DNA of 64,000 nt from Minisyncoccota bacterium (GTDB lineage: Bacteria; Patescibacteriota; Minisyncoccia; Phycocordibacterales; JACRKE01), in the NCBI GenBank assembly GCA_041660505.1, contig JBAZWG010000001.1, positions 179,979-243,978 on the forward strand, in the 5' to 3' direction. Each line of letters starts with the position of its first letter. The first letter of the stretch is position 1. A model generated the notes under the pieces. It ran no database searches. It had not been told where the DNA came from and saw only the letters and a program-made list of their open reading frames with translations. A program made the translations under genes and the position numbers. Of the stretch, positions 8,822 to 18,500 are shown one piece after another.

Positions 8822-11170
8822 TTACTTCATTGCCACGGGTGCTAGGTCTATCTCGCAGACGCCGGCCACACAGGCGAGCTCGGCTTTGGATGTCGTATAG
8901 TCGTCGTATTCATACAAGACTATCTTCGAGAAGTCTATCGGTGGGAATTTCTTGGCCAGTTCTTCGTACCGCTCTTTCGTAATCTCTTCATACGGCGCGA
9001 GCTGATAAACGTGATTATTGCGCGGGAGGAATGAGAGACCGCCGATTATATCCCAATTCTCATAAACCCAAGAGCCAACTTTGAACCATTCATCGTCAGA
9101 AACAGACACGGTACAGGATGGGTTGTGCTCGGTGTAATTAAGCTTAATCATCTTCCAATACTCAAGCAGGTCGAGAGCAGAAACTTCGTTCTTTGTCACT
9201 GACCCTTCCGGCGCTTTGACGGGGAATTCGACCACGAACGTGGTCGCGGTCGCCGCATTCTGGCCCACCTCCGGATGATACGGCACGCCCAAATCGCGCA
9301 TCATATGGAAGACGGGGCTGAATGATTCCACGCGGACGCGGCGGATGTAGTAAGGCGCGTGGCGCGGGTGCATGCCGGACGATGAGTCCAAGAATTGCGA
9401 GGTGTTACCGGACGGCTTGATACAAGTTATGGCAGTCGACTCATTAATACCGAAGCGTTTGGCGTATTTTTTATTCGTCTCGATGGCAGCTTCGCGCATT
9501 TTGCGCAACACCTTGGGATTCTTAAGTGCCGGACAATCGTACATGCCGGTGATGCCGACGCCAAGAAGCGCTTCTTCTTCGCAATTCTTCTTCCATTCCG
9601 GTGAGAGATATTTGAAGTCGGTAAGCATCGCCTGATAGGTGCCCAGAATAGTGGCGATCTTAGTTTTCTGTATCAAAGTCCTTTCTGTATCCTCCGGTCG
9701 AGCTGTCACTTGGGTGAGGTTACAGAACTGCTTCGACTTGAGCACAATCTCTCCGCACGGATTCATGCCGGCATAGCGATAATCTTTCTCAAACTTCTTC
9801 CATCTTCTATCCGGAAGCTGTTTCTTGAGCGAGCCTCGGTTATAAATACCGCGTTCGCCGGAGCCTGCCTTGACGAGATTAATCCACTCATCCATAAGCT
9901 CTTCCATCCCCGGCTTGTTAATATACGCCACCGAGTTATTGGCCATACTGCGCTGAGGCTCGGTAATATAAAATTGACCGTTCTTGGCTTCGCGCATTTC
10001 GAGATCATCGAGATCGGAGAGTGAGATAAGTGCCGCCCGGCGCGAACCGCCGATAACGACGCTCGTGCCAATCTTGCAGACAATATCATGAATATCAATC
10101 GGGGCCATATGCCTCCCCTGCTTTCGCAATATTTTACCCTTGACGAACTCGAGGAGCTCGCGCAATGGTTCCGGACCGGAAGCGCGGCTACCCATGGTGA
10201 CAAGCCTGGCGCCCTGCGGACGAACCTTGGAGAAGTCGAACTTTACATCTTTGCCTGATGCCCAAACGTTGCAACCATGGACGAGCGCGTCGGCCCAACC
10301 CTCTTTAGAATCTCCGACCACGTGCGTCGGCAACATCTCCCCTGTCTGGGGCTCAATAATCGGGAACTGTTCGGCGGTCTGACGTTCAACAGAGAAGCCG
10401 AGGCCGGACCCGCACATCAATATATAGATAATCTCGCCGAAGTCTTGCCACTTCGTCGGTGCGATATAAGAGCAGTTGTAGGCGCAGATGTTGGTATAAC
10501 GGCAAGCAGGACCGGCGCTGAATTGTAAGCGGGCGGAGCCGAGCACATCCAGCCTTAACATAGACTCGCCTATTTCTTTATATTCCGCCTCGGTCAATTT
10601 ATTCTTGACCTTCTCTTTCATAAAGCTCATATAGCGCTCAACAGTCTCAACCCAAGCCTCACGGCGGCCCTTCTCGGGAATCCATTTGGAATAAGCGGTG
10701 TAATACACGTATTCTTGCAGGGGATTTTTGAAGTATTTTTTACTCTCGGCTACAAGCTTCCGAACCTCTTCCGGGACGGTACGTTGGGCTATTCTCTGTT
10801 TGGCATGACGTTCGCGGAATAAAATGTAAGACTTGGCGGTAACAACGAAGTCCATTAACATCAGTTCTTTCTCCACGATATCTTGCACGCCTTCGACTGA
10901 CGGCACATAGCCTTTATCTTTCTCCACGATACCCATAAGCTCGCGGACGACGCCGGCGCACACCATCTTGGCCGCCTCCGGACTGCCCTCTTTGGTATCA
11001 TTGAAGGCTCTTTGGATGGCATTGGTTATGAACTGCGGGTCGAACGGTACTATCCGGCCGTCGCGCTTCCTTATCAACTTCGGCAACTTCATACCCTTGA
11101 AACCGCCTGCGTTTTTAGCTTTCTTGTCCTGACTCTCTTTCTTCGCTTTCGCGATAGGTTTTTTGGGCAT
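8822..11170 (-). CDS. nrdJ: Class II (adenosylcobalamin-dependent) ribonucleotide reductase with N-terminal ATP-cone
   Basis: IRKRDGR ATP-cone, YNCSY, NPCGEI, CIKPSG, C-terminal CVAGVCE. Confidence 0.93.
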   Translation of the reverse strand: MPKKPIAKAKKESQDKKAKNAGGFKGMKLPKLIRKRDGRIVPFDPQFITNAIQRAFNDTKEGSPEAAKMVCAGVVRELMGIVEKDKGYVPSVEGVQDIVEKELMLMDFVVTAKSYILFRERHAKQRIAQRTVPEEVRKLVAESKKYFKNPLQEYVYYTAYSKWIPEKGRREAWVETVERYMSFMKEKVKNKLTEAEYKEIGESMLRLDVLGSARLQFSAGPACRYTNICAYNCSYIAPTKWQDFGEIIYILMCGSGLGFSVERQTAEQFPIIEPQTGEMLPTHVVGDSKEGWADALVHGCNVWASGKDVKFDFSKVRPQGARLVTMGSRASGPEPLRELLEFVKGKILRKQGRHMAPIDIHDIVCKIGTSVVIGGSRRAALISLSDLDDLEMREAKNGQFYITEPQRSMANNSVAYINKPGMEELMDEWINLVKAGSGERGIYNRGSLKKQLPDRRWKKFEKDYRYAGMNPCGEIVLKSKQFCNLTQVTARPEDTERTLIQKTKIATILGTYQAMLTDFKYLSPEWKKNCEEEALLGVGITGMYDCPALKNPKVLRKMREAAIETNKKYAKRFGINESTAITCIKPSGNTSQFLDSSSGMHPRHAPYYIRRVRVESFSPVFHMMRDLGVPYHPEVGQNAATATTFVVEFPVKAPEGSVTKNEVSALDLLEYWKMIKLNYTEHNPSCTVSVSDDEWFKVGSWVYENWDIIGGLSFLPRNNHVYQLAPYEEITKERYEELAKKFPPIDFSKIVLYEYDDYTTSKAELACVAGVCEIDLAPVAMK

Positions 11171-11289
11171 AAAATTTATAAAAATTTAGTAAAGGAGACT
11201 TCATTGTACTTACGTGCGCAACAAAAAACAGTGGAAAACTTTTTTCCCACTGCATCAGAAAACGTTCGCAAAAAGTGCGCAAGGAATTT

Positions 11290-11829
11290 TCAGAATTGCG
11301 CCTGCCGCGAAGCCTTTTCCCACCACTTGACAGTAATGTAAAGTACTGTGCTCGCTATAATTATACTCGCGAACACGTCGGTCAGATAATGTTCGCCAAG
11401 ATATAACCTGCTTATCGGTATCAAGATAATAAAAAGCATACTGATAATGCGCACAACTCCCCGCCAAGCGCTGTTCTGAACGAACTTAGTTGCATACCAA
11501 ATCAAGAATCCAAAGAAAAATACCGCGAACGCCGCGTGACCGGAAGGGAAAGATGGGTCGGTCTCAAGTACCACCGCGAGTAACTGCCTAGGGCGATTCA
11601 TGAGATACTTAAGTGTGAACACAATAATCTCATTAGCCACGAGCCCCCAAACGAAATACTTGATAAGCACCTTTTGTTTACGCCATACAAGATAAAGGCA
11701 GAATAAAACAGCGAGCAAGACTACCGCCCTACTACTGCCAAAGAAAGTAACGAATTTGAATACAGAAACACCCGCATCAGAACGCAAGGCATAAAACCAG
11801 AGAGAAACCTGTTGATCTATAGAATACAT
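11290..11829 (-). CDS. PAP2-family membrane phosphatase
   Basis: K....RPR, SFPSGH, SRLYLGEHY..DV. Confidence 0.92.
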   Translation of the reverse strand: MYSIDQQVSLWFYALRSDAGVSVFKFVTFFGSSRAVVLLAVLFCLYLVWRKQKVLIKYFVWGLVANEIIVFTLKYLMNRPRQLLAVVLETDPSFPSGHAAFAVFFFGFLIWYATKFVQNSAWRGVVRIISMLFIILIPISRLYLGEHYLTDVFASIIIASTVLYITVKWWEKASRQAQF

Positions 11830-12350
11830 TAGAGCCACAGTTTTGCCAGCCTTGGTTGTATGTAGCGATCCAAACCGATGTGGCCGACGATGCGCCAGGC
11901 TAGGATTAGGAAGATACCGAGTAAGAGTAATTCCGGATTGGTGCTGACCGTACCGGCGAAGAGATAGTTTGCATTCATGAATACTCCGAAGAACGCGGCT
12001 ACGCTAGTGAATACGCCGAGGATAAGGGCGATGCCGACGAGGAGCTCGCCGTAAGCCACGAGGTACGACCAAAACTCCGGATATGGAATGACTAACGTGT
12101 TCAGAAACCATGCGTACCAGTTCGGGACATCAGGATGCAAGCCCGCCGTCTTCGTAAGTGAGACTGTTGAAAATTTGACGATGACCGTGCCCGCCCCGCT
12201 CCCAACCCACATATCACTAATAACTTTCTCCCATCCTGCGGTTATCCATGCGTATCCGACGTAAAGCCGGACGATGAGCCAGATCCAGCTACTCTGTGTG
12301 TTATGAAAGAACCATGATGCAATCGACATATCCTTCGCGATATATGACAT
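11829..12350 (-). CDS. DoxX/DoxD-family membrane protein
   Basis: RLYVGYAW..AGWEK, GELLVGIALILG, GLDR. Confidence 0.88.
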   Translation of the reverse strand: MSYIAKDMSIASWFFHNTQSSWIWLIVRLYVGYAWITAGWEKVISDMWVGSGAGTVIVKFSTVSLTKTAGLHPDVPNWYAWFLNTLVIPYPEFWSYLVAYGELLVGIALILGVFTSVAAFFGVFMNANYLFAGTVSTNPELLLLGIFLILAWRIVGHIGLDRYIQPRLAKLWL

Positions 12351-12489
12351 AAACTAGTTTTCCTGCCCGACATTGCCTGCGGCTTCAGTCGCTGGCAGGC
12401 GGGTAGTTATTATATATAATCATAATAGTATACACCAAACACCCCTCATCTTTCCAGACAAGAGGTGTTTTGTTATGCACTGTGGAATC

Positions 12490-13098
12490 CTATTGATTCG
12501 TCACGAGCGTCTTGTGGGTCGTCCACATAATATTGCCAGAACCGTCAACCGACTCGCGAACGTAGTAGTACGCGGTGTTGGGCTGAAGTCCGGTAAGCGT
12601 GATACTGCTACCGAGATTGTAGCTATTCGTACCTACGCTGGATGCACTAGCATAGAGGAACGGCCAACCGGTACCGAACATGACACGGCTCTTGGCCGGC
12701 TCGTTCGTAGTCCACGATAATGTCGCCGAATTATTGCTCTTACTCACGTTTGTGCTACCCATGAGCGGCGCATTAGAATCAAAGGAGGAGTTGCCGTTAC
12801 CAAGACCATTATTGCTGTTGATTGACGCGCGCGTAATCGGACCGACAGTGCCCGTTTGCGAGATACCGTTCGCGGCTTGGTAGCGCACAACCGCAGCTCT
12901 GGTCAATGAACCGAACGTTCCCGTAATCAAACCTTCGGGATAGATTGAGCTGTCACTGGCTAGGAAGGTCTGCAACTCTATAACTTCGGAACCGGTGGAA
13001 CCAACCGAGAGATTCTGCGTAAGCGTTGACGCACTGGCCGTACCGGCAAAGAGGCCGAATATTGCGAGTGCCGCGATGAATGTTTTATTATATGTCAT
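12490..13098 (-). CDS. Secreted peptidoglycan-binding domain plus Fn3-like protein
   Basis: Signal peptide; LSVGS.G.EV..LQ.FL...G.FG.LT..AV..YQ; WTTNEPA...LTGLQPNT.YYY. Confidence 0.85.
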   Translation of the reverse strand: MTYNKTFIAALAIFGLFAGTASASTLTQNLSVGSTGSEVIELQTFLASDSSIYPEGLITGTFGSLTRAAVVRYQAANGISQTGTVGPITRASINSNNGLGNGNSSFDSNAPLMGSTNVSKSNNSATLSWTTNEPAKSRVMFGTGWPFLYASASSVGTNSYNLGSSITLTGLQPNTAYYYVRESVDGSGNIMWTTHKTLVTNQ

Positions 13099-13187
13099 AA
13101 ATTTTATTTAAGTTAATAACACTTTGTGCGACCTTTATTGCCTTGCCTTATTGTAAGTGATGCCGATCGAAGACCTATTCTATTACG

Positions 13188-13739
13188 TCATCTATTCACC
13201 GCCTTAAGCTCGTTGACCTCGTTTTCCAGTTTGATTATGTATTTTTCCAACTTATGAACTCTTTCGTTAAGCTTCAACTCCAGCTGCTTGGCATGGCCGG
13301 CCAGAGTCTCCGCAACCACCATCATGTCGGTAATATCTTCCATCGCCAGTAAGATTATCGGCGGTAATTGTTCGGAAACGTTATCTTCTTTGAAGTGGAT
13401 CTGTCTGGCGTTCAAGATCATGACCTTGCGCCCGATGAAGGGAAATTCGTGCGTCACTTCGAAGCCCTTAAAGAAAGTGTTCTTCGGCAAAATATCTTCG
13501 AGCAACTTGCGCAGAGCCGGGATATCCCACTGGTGATTCCCGAGCTCATATATCACCTGGCCTTCGGTATCCTTATGCTCGACCTGGAAGGTTCGGTAGA
13601 ACGGCTCGTTGGCAACCATTACGCGCAAATCTTTATCGAGTATCAAAACCGGTTCACGGACCACATCCACGACTGTCTTGATATACGTCCAGCTCTTTTC
13701 CCACAGATGCTCGACGAATTCTTTGTCATTTGTTTTCAT
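13188..13739 (-). CDS. Stand-alone PAS-domain protein with C-terminal coiled coil
   Basis: VREPVLILDKDLRV..AN..FY..F, WDIP.LR.LLE (CheR-associated PAS type). Confidence 0.85.
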   Translation of the reverse strand: MKTNDKEFVEHLWEKSWTYIKTVVDVVREPVLILDKDLRVMVANEPFYRTFQVEHKDTEGQVIYELGNHQWDIPALRKLLEDILPKNTFFKGFEVTHEFPFIGRKVMILNARQIHFKEDNVSEQLPPIILLAMEDITDMMVVAETLAGHAKQLELKLNERVHKLEKYIIKLENEVNELKAVNR

Positions 13740-13861
13740 ACAGATATTGCCGTTATCGGTGATACATTATTACAAGTCGAGTAGCTATTCCTGTGATGCG
13801 GTGCTACACTTGAGTAACAATAGACGTGTAATATTACACTTACGCGTTCGTCTTCAATAAT

Positions 13862-14386
13862 ATGAATGCCAAGCAAGAAACAGCTAGCAATAGCACTCTG
13901 ACGTCGGCCCACCACGATTTCGAAAAAGGGCTTAATTCCTATGCCTTTTTTAAGGTTAGCGACCATGCGACCGGCGAGGATCTAGTGCAAGATACATTCC
14001 TAAAAACCTGGCGCTATCTGGTCAAGGGAGGCAAGATAGAAGTAATGAAAGCCTTTCTCTATCATGTTCTAAATAACCTTATCGTTGATCAATATCGCAA
14101 ACGCAAAACTGCGTCGTTGGACGTGTTGCTCGAAAAAGGTTTCGAGCCTGTCGCGACCGCAAGCACGAGCGAATCTTCTCGTCTTTTGAATATCCTTGAC
14201 GGTCGAGCGGCAATGCTCCTTATCGCTCGCCTGCCCGAAGCTTACCGAAAAGTCATGCGCATGAAGTATGTCCAAGATCTTTCGCTTAAAGAAATGTCGC
14301 GCATCACCGGTCAGACAAAAAACGCGTTGGCCGTACAACTGCACCGCGGTCTGGCCAAACTCAAAATTTTGTACCGCCACAAATGA
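13862..14386 (+). CDS. ECF-type RNA polymerase sigma factor
   Basis: EDLVQDTFLKTW, AFLYHV..N..VD.YRK, region 4 LSLKEMS..TG. Confidence 0.9.
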   Translation: MNAKQETASNSTLTSAHHDFEKGLNSYAFFKVSDHATGEDLVQDTFLKTWRYLVKGGKIEVMKAFLYHVLNNLIVDQYRKRKTASLDVLLEKGFEPVATASTSESSRLLNILDGRAAMLLIARLPEAYRKVMRMKYVQDLSLKEMSRITGQTKNALAVQLHRGLAKLKILYRHK

Positions 14387-14413
14387 GCTTTCGGCGACCC
14401 AAGTTTCAATCTG

Positions 14414-14500
14414 CGGATCGGGTGGGATTCGAACCCACGAGACTATTGCTAGTCTGGCAGTTTAGTAAACTGCTGCCTTCAACCACTCGGCCACCGATCC
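14414..14500 (-). tRNA. tRNA-Ser with anticodon ACT (rare)
   Basis: GGATCGG/CCGATCC acceptor stem, G73, long variable arm, anticodon arm GCAGT-TTACTAA-ACTGC. Confidence 0.85.
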
Positions 14501-14573
14501 TTGCGAATTACCAGACTATCACATTTACCGGCTAGAAAAAAGGTGGAAATAATGCTAGATTTATCAAGTATTT

Positions 14574-14662
14574 GGAGCCGTGGTGGAGTGGTCTAACATA
14601 CCTCTTTGCTAAAGAGGCGGCCGGGTAAAACTGGCCCGCGAGTTCGAATCTCGCCGGCTCCG
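14574..14662 (+). tRNA. tRNA-Ser(GCT)
   Basis: GGAGCCG/CGGCTCC acceptor stem, CCTCT-TTGCTAA-AGAGG, long variable arm. Confidence 0.92.
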
Positions 14663-14698
14663 TTTGTAAAATTTTATTAATCTTTATATAATACGTTC

Positions 14699-15187
14699 AT
14701 GCAATCAGCACCATTGCCGGAAAACGAGGAAGAGCGATTAAAGAAGGTTATTGAGCTCGGCATATTAGATACCGAACCGGAGGAGAGGTTCGACGCTATT
14801 ACACGCGACGCGATCAAGGCGTTCGACGTTCCTATTTCGACTATCACTATAATGGATTCGAATCGCGAGTGGTATAAATCCTGCCAAGGAGTGGATGTAA
14901 AGGAGATGCCGCGAGAAGTCTCATTCTGCGCTCATGCCATGCTGGCGAAGGACACCTTCATTGTCGAAGACACTCTGCTCGATGACCGCTTCAAGGATAA
15001 TCCGATGGTGACAGGCAAACCGTACATCCGCTTCTATGCCGGTGTCGCTCTAAAGAAAGACGGCCTGACCGTCGGCGTCTTCTGTATCAAAGATACTAAA
15101 CCAAGAAAGCTGACTGTAGAAGATGTCGCTAGGCTTATTGTCTTTGCCGAACGTGCCGAAGCCGAGTTGAATAAGAAAAATGCCTAA
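14699..15187 (+). CDS. Stand-alone GAF-domain protein
   Basis: NEEERL...ILDT.PEERFD, SFCAHA, D.RF.DNP.V...P.IRFYAG. Confidence 0.9.
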   Translation: MQSAPLPENEEERLKKVIELGILDTEPEERFDAITRDAIKAFDVPISTITIMDSNREWYKSCQGVDVKEMPREVSFCAHAMLAKDTFIVEDTLLDDRFKDNPMVTGKPYIRFYAGVALKKDGLTVGVFCIKDTKPRKLTVEDVARLIVFAERAEAELNKKNA

Positions 15188-15593
15188 AACACTTCTTAAC
15201 CCTCCCGGGTTCCCGGGTGCTACCAGCGCTTTCTCTCACGGCGTCAAGATAGACTTGAACGACGCGGAGATAATATTCGTCACCGGTCAGGTGGCGATAG
15301 ACGAGCAAGGCAATGTGCTCTTTGCCGACAGTATCGCGAAGCAAACAGAATTTGTTTTCGAGAATATAAAGAAAATTCTGGCCGAAGGCGGAGCCTTGCT
15401 TGATGATATAGTGAAAGTGACTATTTACTTAACCCATCTGCACGCCGCAACATTCGCCGAGGTTGCCGCCGTGCGTAATAGATATCTCGCTAATGCAAAA
15501 GCCGCGAGCACTCTTGTAGGAGTGGCAAAGCTGGCCAAAGACGCCTGCCACGTCGAGATTGACGCAATAGCGGTGAAGAAAAAGATTATCTAG
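15180..15593 (+). CDS. RidA/YjgF family protein
   Basis: FVTGQVA, QT..VFENI, DIVKVTIYL, VEIDAIA. Confidence 0.9.
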   Translation: MPKTLLNPPGFPGATSAFSHGVKIDLNDAEIIFVTGQVAIDEQGNVLFADSIAKQTEFVFENIKKILAEGGALLDDIVKVTIYLTHLHAATFAEVAAVRNRYLANAKAASTLVGVAKLAKDACHVEIDAIAVKKKII

Positions 15594-18500
15594 TTGCCGA
15601 ACACTGTTACGAGCATAGCGCGCGTCGCAGGACCGACGACTCCGTATCCGATCGCTCCCCTTTTCGCGATACCATACTTCTCTTGGAATTTCTGGACAGC
15701 TTGAAGTGTCAGATTGCCGAAGTAGCCGGTGACTTGTCCATTCTTATATATAGACTTATCTTGAGCCAATAGTCTCTGGAGCAGAGTAACACTGCTACCT
15801 CTAGAACCAATGACCAACACAGAGTTGATGCTTGAAGCGCCCTTAATAGTTGCGGGTACTCGAACTTGTGTTTGTGCTCTTTTAGAAATTACGGGGTGGA
15901 GAAAAATGAAACTGTCTGCCGGCGTAACTGTGGGTACTACTTTCTCCATCACCTTAGGCTTAGCATCACTAAACAATCCCATCACCCAGCCGTAGATAGG
16001 GCCGTTGTTGCTAGCGAGACGGACCACCTCAGGCACGGCTGTTAATGTGCCGAAGGTCGTGAAGTGGTAAGTTAAGACTTTCGTCTGCAGGCCATTACTG
16101 ATACCGCATTCGCCGAACGGTGTCGGATCTGTCGGAGAGGAATATGTACCGGCGCAAGTTGAGAGCGTCTGCCAAGTGTCTGAGCCGGCCATCTTGAATA
16201 CCATTGTCTTAACAGTGTCGAATGTGAGAGTAACTGCTTTGTCAAATATGAGAGTAACATCGGCTGAACCGATCTGTATAGCATCGCCGACCAAAAAACC
16301 GGATGGCGAAGTGCCAGCACTACTACCCGTAATGGGCGGGGTTATTTTGCCGTCCCAGTCGGTGGGGCCCATTATGGACGTGGCATCAGGGATAGACAAA
16401 CTTGTGCCGGAGACTGCCGAACCGGTAATGACTACTGGAGAGCCAGTCGTACCGGAATTAAGAGTGAAGCCGGTGCCGACTGTGACAGTCTTATCCGCAA
16501 TCGTTTGGGGTTGAGTCAAGTCGACAGAGACAAGCGAACCGCTCGTGAATGCGCCAAGCGGCAAGATTGAACCATTAAGAGTTAAGTTGCCACCAGAGAT
16601 TGATGACAGACTAGTGGACGCAGACAACGGGGAGGATTCGGAAAGGACCAGTGTTGTAATAGAACTCGGCATGGTGACACCGCCAGAAGAAGTTCCTTCG
16701 AACACGACCGGTTCACTGCCACCGGTTACGGTGGTACCGCTCGTCGTCAGGGATTTGAAGTTTCTTGTGGCAGAAGTGTTAACGTTACCGGCAAGGTCGT
16801 TGCAGGTGACAGTCAAAGTATGAGCTGTGCCTGTTATGCCGGTAATTGCGCTAGCAGTATGAGTGGTTCCTCCGGTCGTGGCGAAGGCAACCGAGTCCGC
16901 GCCATCGTATGAATATGTGCAGGTTGCCGCTTCATTGGTTGTGACTTGCGGGGTAGTTGAAGTGGCAATCATAGAACCTTCTGTCGGAGTCGTGATGCTG
17001 ATCGTAGGAGTAGACTTATCGAAGGTGACGCCAGAGCCGGAAGTGATAGCCGTCACCGCAGAAGCGGCGTTGCCAACGATATCTGTCGGAGTGATACTAA
17101 ACTGTATCACCTGTTGGGTGTCGCCGGATATCATCGTGGTCGAGGCCGTCCATGACGTACCGGAGCCTGTAATATTCGCACTGCGGCTGGCAATAAGAAC
17201 AGTAGGAGTTGTAATGCTTTCGTTGGCAGTAAATGTTAAGGTGACGATATCGTTCGTTGTGGCTCTGGAGGCGGTCGTATTGTTGTTCGAGGCGATCGTG
17301 ACAGGAGAAAGCGTCGGGGCAGATTTATCGAAGGTTACATTGGAACCGGAAGTGACAGCGAGCGCGGTCGTGCCGACATTCCCCGCCAAGTCAACCGGTG
17401 TAATGGCAAAGCTAATGGCGCTTTCGGTATCGCCGGTCTCCATCGTCTGCGTGGCGCTCCAGGATGAATTCGAACCTGATACACTGGCCGCTCTGCCAGC
17501 GATGGTTACCGTTGGCGTCTTGATATTCTCATCTGTTGTAAATATGAGCGTCACAATATTGGCCACCTTCGCAAGTGTGTTGGTCGTGTTGTTGGAAGAT
17601 ATCGTGACGGTTGACACTGCCGGTGGGGTTTTGTCGAAGCGAACATTAGAGCCCGACGTGATGGCGGTGACGGCGATGCCGGAGTTGCCTGCCATATCAA
17701 TAGGTGTTGCCGAGAACGTAACTGTGCCGTTCGTGTCCCCCGTCTCCATCGTGGTCGAGGCTGTCCACGACGTGCCAGAGCCAAGGACAGTTGCAGGGCG
17801 ACCGAAGATTGTGACAGTCGGCGTGGCGATGGCTTCAGAACTTGTGAACGTAAGGGTCACAATATCAGCGACTTTTGCGAGCGTGTTAGTAGTATTGTTA
17901 GAAGATATAGTAACAGGCGAGAGGGTCGGTACGGTTTTGTCAAATACGACATTCAGACCTGTTGTGATGGCGGTAACAGCCGAGCCTTCGTTCCCCGCCG
18001 CATCTGTCGGCGTGATGGAAAATGCCACGGCCGTTTCGCTATCGCCGGACTGCATCGTCGTCGAGGCCGTCCACGTCGTACCCGAACCGAGTACAGTTGC
18101 GCTCCTGCCGGCAATGGTTACCACCGGCGTTCGCAAACTCTCGTCTGCCGTGAATGCGAGGGTAACGACATTATCTGTTTTCGCCAGAGTCGTCGATGAA
18201 TTGGATGATGAGATAGTAACAGTTGGCACGGTTGGAACTGTTTTATCAAAAGTGACAGCCGAGCCGTTGGACGTTGCCGTGACGGGCGTGGCCTCATTCC
18301 CTAACGTATCCGTGGCTGTCACCGAGAAGGTAACCACTGCTTCAGTATCTCCTGCTTGCATCGTGGTCGAGGCTTGCCATGTCGTGCCGGAGCCGGTGAT
18401 GTTCGCACCTCTACCATCGATGGTTACAACGGGAGTTTGAATGGATTTATTTGCTGTGAACGAGAGTGTAACGATGTCGTCTGTCTTTGCGCGCGTAGTG

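Noticed and set aside
11171-11290. Cobalamin riboswitch or NrdR box upstream of nrdJ
   Set aside because: The region is short and no convincing consensus was recognisable
16863-18440. 525-aa plus-strand ORF
   Set aside because: Antisense shadow of the Thr/Ser/Val-rich repeat protein
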